Below, one piece after another: positions 1-8,807 of a DNA stretch of 64,000 bases. The stretch's first letter is position 1. Each line of letters starts with the position of its first letter. The DNA is from Dehalococcoidia bacterium (GTDB lineage Bacteria > Chloroflexota > Dehalococcoidia > Lucifugimonadales > UBA1123): the NCBI GenBank assembly GCA_963666185.1, contig OY762634.1:1716235-1780234 (forward strand). Direction: 5' to 3'. A program made the translations under genes and the position numbers. Under the pieces are notes generated by a model. It was given only the letters and a program-made list of their open reading frames with translations, had not been told where the DNA came from and ran no database searches.

Positions 1-75
1 ACGGAGTTCGGCGGATGATTCGCACTATGTTTATTATGTAAAATCAGTAGCTAAAGAGGAGAGGGCTAAAGCAAC

Positions 76-594
76 ATGGTATGGAAGTGGATCAAGGACA
101 ACATAATCGGCGATCTGGCTGAGGAACGCCGCAGGTACGAGGCCGAACGTACAAAGCAGACGGAGGCTTGGAAGGAACTCAAGACTCGAGTGTTCAGCAC
201 GCGAGATTTTGACGTCGCAATTGTTGGAGAGTCGAACTACCAAGACGCACTGAGGCGGTCAAAGCGCGAAGCTAAGGACTACGGCGGGAAAGCATATATC
301 ACCGCAATCGTGGTACGAGAGCCAGACAACAAGTTTGATTCGGGTGCTGTCAAGGTGATGAACGGAAGACTTGAAACGATAGGCTATTTGGGACGAGCAG
401 TTGCTGCAAAGTATGGAGAATCCATTGAACTCTGGGAAGCAGAGGGATACTCCTTGCGCTGCCAAGCAGTTCTTGTCGGCGGTGCTGGGAAACGAGAAAG
501 CATCGGAGCATGGCTAGACCTCGCCAGTCCCAATACTCTCAAATGCACCTTCCAAGAAGTACAGTCGCGCACCCGTGGTCGCAGGCTCTCATAA
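76..594 (+). CDS. HIRAN domain-containing protein
   Basis: 172-aa ORF. 'VAIVGESNYQDAL ... VREPDNKFDSGAVKV ... IGYLGR' fits the HIRAN pattern (VG..Y / NP.D.NA..V / iGyl). Lower-GC neighbourhood. Confidence 0.5.
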   Translation: MVWKWIKDNIIGDLAEERRRYEAERTKQTEAWKELKTRVFSTRDFDVAIVGESNYQDALRRSKREAKDYGGKAYITAIVVREPDNKFDSGAVKVMNGRLETIGYLGRAVAAKYGESIELWEAEGYSLRCQAVLVGGAGKRESIGAWLDLASPNTLKCTFQEVQSRTRGRRLS

Positions 595-772
595 TGTCCA
601 CAATCAGCAAGTTGACGGGAGATGTGGAGGGCACGAAGGAGATTCCAGTGTAGAGCCACTGCTTCCGGGCTAGACTACCTGGGAGAATACCTAGAAGTCT
701 TGGAATCGACGCAGGCACGGCTCAAGGGCGGCAGTGGGCCGCTGCTCGGACTCGGTAGAGGAGAGTTCCCTA

Positions 773-1366
773 TTATTCCTGAGCCAACTGAGGTATGTCC
801 TCTCGTAGCCATTCAGTGAGTGAGCCTATATACTCAGAAGATACAAGACTCCTTGAAATGGTACTCTTGCCCGTCGTCGACATGAGGTAGGCGGCGTATC
901 TTGGGAATGGTCTCCAATCTGAAGGCTCGTGAGGCGATCCCATTGACCTTGTTTCATACCTAGCGTTGCCATCTTCAAAGGTTAGAGTTGCGATCCCAGC
1001 TTCCGTAGCAGCTTCAATCGCTCCTCGCTGAAATCCTGATGTCGAAAAGATGAATCCCTTGTGTGAAGCGGTATTGCGAAGTTTCTGGGTGTGAGCAAGT
1101 ATAACATCCCGGTCCACCCGTCTTCTCCAGCGTTTGCACTCAACAAGAATCCTGATCTGGGCGCCCCGAAGAAGAGACATCTCCCCAACCACGTCTATCT
1201 CGTAATTACCACCACGTCCGGGTGTGACTACTCTACTCTTCCAGTCAATTCTGTTGGGGGCTGTTGCCTGGGATAACCAGGCGCATACTTGGTCCTCATA
1301 TTCGCGGGGAGTGACCTCAGCAAGTTCGCGTGGGTTCCATGGTTCGGGCCTGCGCAGGTCTGTCAA
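773..1366 (-). CDS. Mrr-like restriction endonuclease domain protein
   Basis: 197-aa ORF. 'YEIDVVGE...ILVECKRWRRRVDRDVILAHTQKL...GFIFSTSGFQRGAIEAA' matches the Mrr_cat D...(E/Q)xK core followed by the 'feature-rich S/T-G-F' segment. Confidence 0.6.
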   Translation of the reverse strand: MTDLRRPEPWNPRELAEVTPREYEDQVCAWLSQATAPNRIDWKSRVVTPGRGGNYEIDVVGEMSLLRGAQIRILVECKRWRRRVDRDVILAHTQKLRNTASHKGFIFSTSGFQRGAIEAATEAGIATLTFEDGNARYETRSMGSPHEPSDWRPFPRYAAYLMSTTGKSTISRSLVSSEYIGSLTEWLREDIPQLAQE

Positions 1367-1691
1367 TTCCGCCTGTCTCCTGTGTGGCTATGCAATTCCG
1401 GTAGACTGTGTAAGTGTCCGTATTCTCTTCCCATATTAAGTATCCGAGGGGTAGACTGTCAGTGTATTTGGATGCCATCTATCGAGCCAATGGGATATTA
1501 TGCCGCCAAATGTCTCATTCCCCAAGCCTCTCCATAGCTGAGCCATGTCCTTAATCCTGTCAGTCTCTGCCCATATTAGGCCAATCGCTCACGGAGAAAA
1601 TGTGTTCTCTGCCTGCCCCACGAAGGCACCTCCCAAACACACGGGTACTGTGAGCACCAAAGTGGACGCGGCCTGTTCTTGCGGTAAGAAC

Positions 1692-1781
1692 CTAGTGGGC
1701 CAGAGGGACGATTTTCGAGTTGCGAATGTTTCTGTCCCGGGGGACTAATGGGATGAGAATGTGGGTGTCAAGATTCAGCAT
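1692..1781 (-). pseudogene. Truncated VapC (PIN-domain) toxin remnant
   Basis: Hand translation: the ATG at 1781 overlaps the antitoxin 3' end and gives 'MLNLDTHILIPLVPRDRNIRNSKIVPLAH*'. 'LDTHILI' is the typical PIN N-terminus. The ORF stops after 29 codons. Only weak PIN-like fragments occur in other frames down to about 1440. Confidence 0.4.
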
Positions 1782-1992
1782 TCGCGTCCCAGCGGATTCC
1801 GGTTGTGAGGATGTCGCCTCTTATCGTGATCTTTTGACTGAGGCTGCCTATCAGGTCGGAGTCGTTGTCGCTGTATGGGATGACGCGCGCGACGGGCTTG
1901 CCTCTCTTGGTGACTATCAGGCCCTCCGGCTCAAGATGGTCCAGTAGAGACAAGCATTGTTGCTTGAATTGTGTCGCTCCAATGGTCTTCAT
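1768..1992 (-). CDS. Phd/YefM-family type II antitoxin
   Basis: 74 aa. 'MKTIGATQFKQQCLSLLDHL..GLIVTKRGKPVARVIP' is the classical Phd/YefM N-terminal fold signature. The C-terminal tail 'GDILTTGIRWDA' is typical of VapC-partnered antitoxins. Confidence 0.6.
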   Translation of the reverse strand: MKTIGATQFKQQCLSLLDHLEPEGLIVTKRGKPVARVIPYSDNDSDLIGSLSQKITIRGDILTTGIRWDANAES

Positions 1993-2061
1993 GGCTTTTC
2001 CCCGTTTGGGATGGCTATATTGTATAACTGGACATTAGAACTGTCCAGTTAAGGGTATGGA

Positions 2062-2961
2062 TCACGCTCGTGAGCGGAGGTGGGCGCGGAGCATTAGGCG
2101 CTGGCCGAGTAGGGTGACGCTCAGGGCGGTGATGAATATGGCCGCGCCGGGTATCAGGGTGAGGGTCGGCACGCGGCGCATATAGGGCTGCGCTTCCCAG
2201 AGCATCGCGCCCCAGTCCGGGGTCGGGGGCTGAGCGCCGACTCCAAGGTATGAGAGGCCGGCGATGGTGATGATGAGTTGGCCGAAACGAAGGAATCCCA
2301 TCGCCAGCACGGGGTCCATGATGTTCGGGAGGATGTGTTTGCGAAGGATGAATAAGGGGGTGGAACCCAGCGCTACGGCGGCTTCCATGAATTCTCGCGT
2401 GTTCACTTCGAGCGTCACCGCCCTGGCCAGGCGCGCGTAGGGAGTCCAGGCGAAGATGGTCACGGCGAGGACGATGGTTGAGAAGCCCTGTTGGAGCATG
2501 GAGGCCAGCGCGAAGGCGACCACCAGGTCGGGGAAGACGAGAACTACGTCCACCACGCGCATGGCGGCTTCGTCGGTCGCGCCGCCGGCCCTCCCCGCGA
2601 ACGCGCCCACAAGCGTGCCGAATACGCCGGAAATCAGAACCGAGACCGTCGTTATCGCCAGGGAGAAGCGGCTGCCCATGAGAAGCCGCGACAGCACGTC
2701 TCGACCGAGATGGTCTGTTCCAAGAGGGTGGGCCAGGCTCGGAAGTTCCAGCCGGGCGGTTAGATTCTGGTCGTTGGGGTCGTAGGGCGCGAGAAGGGGC
2801 GCGAATAGGGCGATGAGAGCTATGAGCGCGAGGGTGGCGAACAGAAATGCCGCCGACACGGATAGGCCGAGAGAGTCGAGTTTTCGCCGAACCGATTTGA
2901 GGTTCGCAGCGAGGGAATTTTTCGAGGCGATTCCGCCCATAGCTTTCCTTTCCCCGCTCAA
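2062..2961 (-). CDS. ABC transporter permease (peptide/nickel, DppC/OppC type)
   Basis: 299 aa, polytopic. N-terminal 'PYDPNDQNL..RLELPSLAHPLGTDHLGRDVLSRLL' and an EAA-like loop 'EFMEAAVALGSTPLFILRKHILPN'. Confidence 0.85.
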   Translation of the reverse strand: MSGERKAMGGIASKNSLAANLKSVRRKLDSLGLSVSAAFLFATLALIALIALFAPLLAPYDPNDQNLTARLELPSLAHPLGTDHLGRDVLSRLLMGSRFSLAITTVSVLISGVFGTLVGAFAGRAGGATDEAAMRVVDVVLVFPDLVVAFALASMLQQGFSTIVLAVTIFAWTPYARLARAVTLEVNTREFMEAAVALGSTPLFILRKHILPNIMDPVLAMGFLRFGQLIITIAGLSYLGVGAQPPTPDWGAMLWEAQPYMRRVPTLTLIPGAAIFITALSVTLLGQRLMLRAHLRSRA

Positions 2962-2992
2962 GTATTACGATTCGTCAGAGCGGCAACACATA

Positions 2993-3038
2993 GATTCCCG
3001 CTTTCGCGGGAATGACGGTAGGCGCGCGGGAATGACGG
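2993..3038 (-). repeat. REP2 hairpin repeat (GTCATTCCCGCGAAAGCGGGAATCC family), 1.5 copies
   Basis: 'gattcccgctttcgcgggaatgacgg' plus a partial 'gcgggaatgacgg'. The same palindrome recurs at 39744, 51609, 56561 and 57702. Confidence 0.7.
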
Positions 3039-3089
3039 ATGGTTGGCGGCTTCTGGGATTTCCGATAATTGAAGTCACGCTTCGGGCTC

Positions 3090-4028
3090 TCAGCGTTCAA
3101 GACGTATGGCGGGGTTCAGGACGACGTATATCACGTCTGTCGCGGTGTTTATGAGAACTGCGATTATGACAATCGTCATGAGGCTGCCCTGTATCAGTGG
3201 GAGGTCGCTGGCGTTGATGGCGTCGAATAGTATTCTGCCGATTCCCGGCACGGAGAAGATAACCTCGACTATCAGCGCGCCGCCTATCAGTCCGGCCAGC
3301 CACATACTTGACAGGGTAACGACCGGGATCATCGCGTTCCTCAGCGCGTGTCGTCGGACCATAAGCGTCTCTCCCAGACCCTTTGCCCTGGCCGTTCGCA
3401 TATATTCCATCGAGAGGGCTTCAATCATCGAAGCGCGCACGACCTGGGTGAAGAAGGCGGTCGCCCCCGACGCGAGGGTTAGACAGGGCAGCGCCAGATG
3501 CAGAGGGCTGCGCCATCCGGCGGAGGGCAGCCAGCCCAGCTGAATGCCGAAGACCAGTATCAGGGTCGGCGCGAGCACGTAGGCCGGAATCACCACTCCC
3601 AGCTGGGACGCGACCGCGACGAATGTGTCCAGCAGCGTCCCCGGCTTCATGGCGGCGAGTATTCCCAGGGGCAGGGCGACGCCCAGGGAAATGGCGAGGG
3701 TAACTATGCTGAGCGTCGCGGAGACTTTCAGCCCGTCGAACACCTTCTCGCTGACTGGGACGCGCCCCATGTATGAGCGCCCCATGTCGCCTTGGACGAC
3801 TCTCCATAACCATGCGGCGTACTGGACTAAGAGATGGCGGTCAAGGCCAAGCTCCGCTTTGAGGCGCTCAACGGCTTCGGGAGTGGGCTGGCGGTCCAGC
3901 ACCTGGGCCTGGAGTACCGCCGTGGCGGGGTCAATGCCGCTCACCAAGGGGGCCAGGAAGATGAGGAATGAGACGACCGCGACGATGAAGGGAATGAGGA
4001 GCAGCCGGCGCAGAATTATCCTGTACAA
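3090..4028 (-). CDS. ABC transporter permease (DppB/OppB type)
   Basis: 312 aa. 'MYRIILRRLLLIPFIV...', an EAA loop 'EYMRTARAKGLGETLMVRRHALRNA', and C-terminal 'DVIYVVLNPAIRLE'. Confidence 0.85.
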   Translation of the reverse strand: MYRIILRRLLLIPFIVAVVSFLIFLAPLVSGIDPATAVLQAQVLDRQPTPEAVERLKAELGLDRHLLVQYAAWLWRVVQGDMGRSYMGRVPVSEKVFDGLKVSATLSIVTLAISLGVALPLGILAAMKPGTLLDTFVAVASQLGVVIPAYVLAPTLILVFGIQLGWLPSAGWRSPLHLALPCLTLASGATAFFTQVVRASMIEALSMEYMRTARAKGLGETLMVRRHALRNAMIPVVTLSSMWLAGLIGGALIVEVIFSVPGIGRILFDAINASDLPLIQGSLMTIVIIAVLINTATDVIYVVLNPAIRLER

Positions 4029-4085
4029 TGCCGCTCCCTTTCCGAGGGGTAGGCGCAGAAGATGACCGCGCTTGAAATTGCGATT

Positions 4086-4124
4086 TCACCCCCATCCTAA
4101 CCTTCCCCCGTCAAGGGGGAAGGG
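4086..4124 (-). repeat. REP1 hairpin repeat (CCCTTCCCCCTTGACGGGGGAAGG..GGATGGGGGTGA subtype), inverted orientation
   Basis: 'tcacccccatcctaaccttcccccgtcaagggggaaggg' is the reverse complement of the copies at 27909 and 37018. Confidence 0.75.
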
Positions 4125-4185
4125 AATTTGCCTGCCCCGATCCGCTTTTCCCTACGATAGTAATTGCCGCCTTTCGTTCTTTCGC

Positions 4186-5898
4186 TCAGTTCGAGACGTC
4201 CAGTTCGGTAGTCAGCATATAGTATTCCAGCATATGCGACTGCCAGTTCTTCACATGGTTGGCGTATGCGTAAATCTGCTCCGTGTAGTTTATGAACGGA
4301 TGCGCCGCGTCCTCATGGAGTATCTGCTGTATCTGCCGGAAGATGTCGTATCTGGCCTCCGTGTCGCTCAAAGGGCGCGCCTGTTCCAGCAGTTCGTCAA
4401 CCTCGGGATTGCAGTAGTTGGCATAGTTGCTGACGTCCATAGAGGAGCAGGAGTAGTCGGCGGTGAAGAAGCCCTCCGGGTCGTAGGCGTCAATGAGGTG
4501 CCCTCTGGATACGAGGAACATATCGAAGTCGCCAGCGAACACATCGTCCACCAACGCGCCCCAAGGCGCGAGCCTTATCTCAGCGCTGAATCCGGCGTCG
4601 TTGAGCATCTCGTGGATGGCGACGGACATAGCCGGGAACTCCGCGCGACTCGGGTACGTCCACAGGGATACGTTCAGTTCGCCTTCCTCGTATCCAGCGC
4701 TGGCGAGGAACTCTTTGGCTGTCTCAGGGTTGAACTCATACGCCTGGAGGTTGGAATTGACCCATGCCTCGCTCGGCGCGAACGGCCCAATGGCGGGCTG
4801 CCCGATCCCTTCCAGCACGGAGTCAACGAGGGCGCGTCGGTCAATCGCGTGCTGAGCCGCCTTTCGGACGTTGACATCCGAGAATGGCCCATTCCTGTTG
4901 TTGACATACAGGGTAACCGTTCTGGGCTGCTGCTCTCTGTATATGGTGAAATCCGAGTTGTCCATGAAGATCGGAAGCTGAGAAATCGGAAGGTGTCTCA
5001 CGAAGTCCACCTCGCCCGTTTCCAGCATCGCGGAGCGCACCACTCCGTCAGGAACGAAAAAGAACTCCGCCGCGTCAAGCGTCGCGCCGCCACCCCAATA
5101 GTCTCCGAAGCTCACCATGCTGATGCTCTCGATAGACACCTCGTCTTCGATGATGAAGGGGCCGGTTCCAGCGTCAATGACGCTTGGCGAGGCGCTGCCC
5201 GCGCCTTCATACGCCGCGGGCGTCAGGATTCCGGTGGTTGGCACGGCCAGCCTGGTTGGCAGAAGCACGTCAGGCGCGCCACTCTCGACAATCACCGTAT
5301 AGGAATCCGCGGCGGTGACGCTCTTCAGCGTGTCCTCGGTGAATCCCCTGGGCGGGTTCGGGACCCCGCGAAGATATTCGAGCGCCATGACGACGGACGC
5401 GCTATCGAAAGCGGCGCCGTCTTGGAAACTCACATCTTCCCGGAGCTTGAACTCCCAGGCGTTGCCATCTCGGAGGCTCCAGGAATCGGCGAGATAAGGC
5501 TTTATCTCGCCGTCGAAGTCAATTTTGACCAGGGTCTCCGTAACGCCTGCCCTCGACACTATGAAAGAGTCGTCTGTCTCGACAGCGCCGTTGTTCGAGG
5601 GCGCGAACGGAGCCGATGTCGTGATCTTGGATGGGCCGGTGTCGCTCTTCACAACCGGCGGCTGGGTGGCGGGCGCAGGTCTGGCAGTCGGCGCGGGGGC
5701 CGCCGTGGGGGCCGCGGGCATGGCGGTCGGAGCCGGGGCCGCAGTGGGGGCAACCTGCGCCACAGGCGCGGTTGTCGGCTGTGGCGCTGGCGAAGCGGTT
5801 TCGCTCTCGGAATCGCCGCAGGCCACGATGGCCAGGGAAAGCAGCCCTATGACGATACAGAGGCCGGCAACCCTGAGTAGCGTACGCAATTTGGTCAT
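4186..5898 (-). CDS. ABC transporter substrate-binding lipoprotein, family 5 (DppA/OppA-like)
   Basis: 570 aa. Signal peptide plus lipobox 'LAIVACGDS', a roughly 55-aa Pro/Ala/Thr linker, then family-5 SBP features. Sits upstream of the two permeases. Confidence 0.85.
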   Translation of the reverse strand: MTKLRTLLRVAGLCIVIGLLSLAIVACGDSESETASPAPQPTTAPVAQVAPTAAPAPTAMPAAPTAAPAPTARPAPATQPPVVKSDTGPSKITTSAPFAPSNNGAVETDDSFIVSRAGVTETLVKIDFDGEIKPYLADSWSLRDGNAWEFKLREDVSFQDGAAFDSASVVMALEYLRGVPNPPRGFTEDTLKSVTAADSYTVIVESGAPDVLLPTRLAVPTTGILTPAAYEGAGSASPSVIDAGTGPFIIEDEVSIESISMVSFGDYWGGGATLDAAEFFFVPDGVVRSAMLETGEVDFVRHLPISQLPIFMDNSDFTIYREQQPRTVTLYVNNRNGPFSDVNVRKAAQHAIDRRALVDSVLEGIGQPAIGPFAPSEAWVNSNLQAYEFNPETAKEFLASAGYEEGELNVSLWTYPSRAEFPAMSVAIHEMLNDAGFSAEIRLAPWGALVDDVFAGDFDMFLVSRGHLIDAYDPEGFFTADYSCSSMDVSNYANYCNPEVDELLEQARPLSDTEARYDIFRQIQQILHEDAAHPFINYTEQIYAYANHVKNWQSHMLEYYMLTTELDVSN

Positions 5899-6111
5899 TT
5901 GTTATTCCTTTCGCAATGACGATATTTAGTATCAATTAAACTCAGATAGAAATGCTACACCAATTCGCGTATCTATATCAATTGAAATTTAATATCATTT
6001 AATACACGGCGCAATCGCGCTGGCAATTCATCCGTTGAAATAGCGAAAGAGCTATGGAAGCCGCGAGGAAAGAGGTAGGTTCATAGAGCCCGGCGCAGGA
6101 AACTCGCCCTC

Positions 6112-7281
6112 TTACATAAGCCTGCTGAAGTGGGGGATGTCGCCTGCGAGGGGTTTGAGGTATTGGATGAAGGCGTCGGTGACGAAGTTGTCTGAGGGGG
6201 AGAGGTATTCTGGGGGCATGGGGCGGACTTTGCCGCCGACCTGGGAGAGGGGGGCGAGTCCTGTTCGGCATTCGTAATCGTCGCCGTCTTCGCGCTCCAG
6301 GGTGATTATTGCGTCGCGGAGGCCGTCGCGGGCGGCGGTGACTGCGGCTCTGCCTACCATCTCGGCTTCGTGGACATCGGATTCGGAGGCGGCCCACACT
6401 AGGGAGCGCTGGATGGTTCCGGGCTTTTCGTAGCGGGCGCGGACTCCGAGGGCGCGACTGACGCGGGCCGCGAGGTAGCGGGCTGGGCCGTCGTGGTATT
6501 CGTGTCCGAAGTCGTCCACGAACCAGGGGTCGGACATTGCCCCGATAACGCCGTCCGCGGAGCGGGAGTTTTCGGAGACGACGGCGACTGCGTATCCATA
6601 CCTGGCGTAGGCGTCCTGGACGCTGGCGACGAACTTGTCTTCGTCCACCAGCGTTTCGGGGACACATACCAGATGGGGAGGGTCGCGCAGGTCGCGCCGG
6701 GCAAGGGCGGACGCGGCGGCCAGCCATCCGGCGTCGCGGCCCATGACCTCGAATATGGTTATGGGAGAGGCGCCGGTGAGCGCCTCGGCGTCGAGGCCGG
6801 AACCGACTACGGCGGTGGCGACGAACCGCGCCGCGCTGCCGTAGCCCGGGCAGTGGTCGGTCAGCACCAGGTCGTTGTCAATGGTCTTGGGGACGTTTAT
6901 CACGGAGAGGTCGTAGCCTATCTCGTCGGCGCGCGTTTGGAGCGTGTGACCGGTCTCGGCGGAGTCGTTGCCGCCGATGATGAACCAGTAGCGGACGCCG
7001 CGCTTGTCGAGATAGTCGAAGATCGGCCCTACGTCGTCGTCCCTGAGTCGGCGGCGGGTGGAGCCTATGGCGGCTCCGGGGGCGTCGGCAACGCTCATCC
7101 AGAGGTCGGGCGGGACCTCGGACAGGTTTATGGCGCGGTCCCGGAGTATCCCTTCAAGTCCGTTGGGCGCGCCGTAGAGGGTTCCCGAACCAGTCTTGGC
7201 GAACTCGGACGCGATTCCGTACAGGCTGCGGTTGAGTACGTGGGTACACCCGCCGGACTGCATTACGAGCGCTGAGTTCAT
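6112..7281 (-). CDS. Phosphofructokinase, PfkA family (probably PPi-dependent)
   Basis: 389 aa. 'FIIGGNDSAETG', 'INVPKTIDNDL' and 'VMGRDAGWLA' are PFK motifs. GGNDS instead of GGDGS (Asp at the Gly104-equivalent position) suggests PPi use. Confidence 0.75.
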   Translation of the reverse strand: MNSALVMQSGGCTHVLNRSLYGIASEFAKTGSGTLYGAPNGLEGILRDRAINLSEVPPDLWMSVADAPGAAIGSTRRRLRDDDVGPIFDYLDKRGVRYWFIIGGNDSAETGHTLQTRADEIGYDLSVINVPKTIDNDLVLTDHCPGYGSAARFVATAVVGSGLDAEALTGASPITIFEVMGRDAGWLAAASALARRDLRDPPHLVCVPETLVDEDKFVASVQDAYARYGYAVAVVSENSRSADGVIGAMSDPWFVDDFGHEYHDGPARYLAARVSRALGVRARYEKPGTIQRSLVWAASESDVHEAEMVGRAAVTAARDGLRDAIITLEREDGDDYECRTGLAPLSQVGGKVRPMPPEYLSPSDNFVTDAFIQYLKPLAGDIPHFSRLM

Positions 7282-8030
7282 GTGCCCATCTTGAGCGCGA
7301 GGTCCTCGAAGTCTGAGGCCACCACGTCAATCCAGTCCTCGGGCGAGGTGTCTATCTCGCGGCGGGGGCCGTGTTCGAGCGGGCGGGGGACGAAGGCGGT
7401 CTTGAGTCCCTGCGCTCGGGCGGCTTTGAGGTCGTTCTTGTGGGCGGCGGTCATCATCACCTCGCCGGGTTCGAGTCCGAGTATGTCGGCGGCCATGAGA
7501 TAGGTTTCGGGGTCGGGCTTGTAGTGGTGGGCGAGTTCGGCTGAGAGGATGCAGTCCCAGGGCAGGCCGGCCCACTTAGCCATGTTGGTGAGCAGCGCGA
7601 CGTTGCCGTTGGATAGGGTGGCTATGACGTAGCGCTTCTTGAGGCGGGTGAGTCCGGGAGGGGAGTCGGGCCATGCGTCTAGTCTGTGCCAGGCTTTGTT
7701 GAAGTCGCGCTTTTCGTCCTCGCTCAGTCCCTCGATGCCGCGCTTGTCGAGCAGTTCGTCGAGAATCATGCGGTGGAGGTCGTCAATCCGCGTCCAGGGG
7801 AGTTCGCCGGTTCTGACCTTGTTCATGGACGGGCCGTAGCCGGAACGCCATTCGTCGGCGAATTCCGGCCAGTCCACGCCGGCAATGCCCTTGCGCTTGG
7901 CTAGGTCTTTGCCTTCGCGGGCGATGCTCATGCGCCAGTCCACGACGGTGCCGAACACGTCGAAGACCAGGGCTTTGACTTCGTTGATTAGCATATTGGG
8001 GCCTCCGAGGGAATTCCGAATTAGAGTCAC
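7278..8030 (-). CDS. Haloacid dehalogenase type II (HAD superfamily hydrolase)
   Basis: 250 aa. 'ALVFDVFGTVVDW' (nucleophile Asp motif), 'TLSNGN', 'AAHKNDLKAA'. 4-nt overlap with the pfk start. The true start may be the internal Met 'MLINEV'. Confidence 0.75.
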   Translation of the reverse strand: MTLIRNSLGGPNMLINEVKALVFDVFGTVVDWRMSIAREGKDLAKRKGIAGVDWPEFADEWRSGYGPSMNKVRTGELPWTRIDDLHRMILDELLDKRGIEGLSEDEKRDFNKAWHRLDAWPDSPPGLTRLKKRYVIATLSNGNVALLTNMAKWAGLPWDCILSAELAHHYKPDPETYLMAADILGLEPGEVMMTAAHKNDLKAARAQGLKTAFVPRPLEHGPRREIDTSPEDWIDVVASDFEDLALKMGT

Positions 8031-8152
8031 ACTATATCGCCCGGGTAGTGTATCAGAATGCTAGAAGGTGGTGGCGGGAGAAGACCGAGCCGAAATGTGA
8101 TAGACCTCGCCGGATTGGGAGCGGCGGGGTCTTTCACATGGAGATCCGTTAC

Positions 8153-8527
8153 TCACCTCTGGACAACAGGGCTGTTGAAGATTGCGTCACCATCATCGTT
8201 GTGGGTGTGGTTGGCAAGCGCATCCAGCATTCGCAGGTTTGATTCCTTGATTTCTTGATTAGTGTCCTCAAGCGCCGCCAGAATTTCCCGGCGTGTGTCG
8301 GAGATCTCCTGCCTGAGTTCATCTCTAACGTCTTTGAGTTCTTGCCTGACGTCTTTGACCTCTTGCCTGACTTCCACAATAGCCTGCCTGTTTCGCTCAA
8401 CATCGGAGTTGAGTTCGCCCAGCCAGAAAATTCCAGCGACAACAATCGCAATAAGCGTGAGTACAGCTGTTACCGCCATAATTAAGTTGGCGATGATAAG
8501 AATAGTTCTTCCGTATCTCTCAAACAT
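8153..8527 (-). CDS. Membrane-anchored coiled-coil protein, unknown function
   Basis: 124 aa. N-terminal TM helix 'ILIIANLIMAVTAVLTLIAIVVAGIFW', then the heptad-like repeat 'EVRQEVKDVRQELKDVRDELRQEISDTRREI'. Lower-GC segment. Confidence 0.4.
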   Translation of the reverse strand: MFERYGRTILIIANLIMAVTAVLTLIAIVVAGIFWLGELNSDVERNRQAIVEVRQEVKDVRQELKDVRDELRQEISDTRREILAALEDTNQEIKESNLRMLDALANHTHNDDGDAIFNSPVVQR

Positions 8528-8807
8528 GGCCTACACTCCAGCAACTCTGTACACCTTCCAGTTTACATCAGCCTGTCAAGGATATGTCAAATATCTGTCA
8601 GTGTGCTACTATCACGCTTGGACTGATTCACTATTCTCCCCAAACCCCCCGAACCGTTCCGGCCCTGTACGTTCCGAGGAGTGAACTTCCGATTATCCAC
8701 ACAGGGATGATACTCAGCCGTCAGAAATGTTTATAATCTATCGGTGAGTTGTGGATGTTGTGTCTAGGGGCTGCGATAGGCCATATTCAACAGGCTAGCG
8801 AGGGATT

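Noticed and set aside
7467-7478. tRNA T-arm-like 'GGGTTCGAGTCC'
   Set aside because: It lies inside the HAD hydrolase CDS. No acceptor or anticodon stems can be drawn around it.
8693-8757. Perfect DnaA box TTATCCACA (8693-8701) plus a 7/9 box (8749-8757, complement), suggesting oriC
   Set aside because: There are only two boxes, with no AT-rich unwinding element cluster and no dnaA or dnaN nearby. This is more likely chance, or a single regulatory site upstream of moxR.
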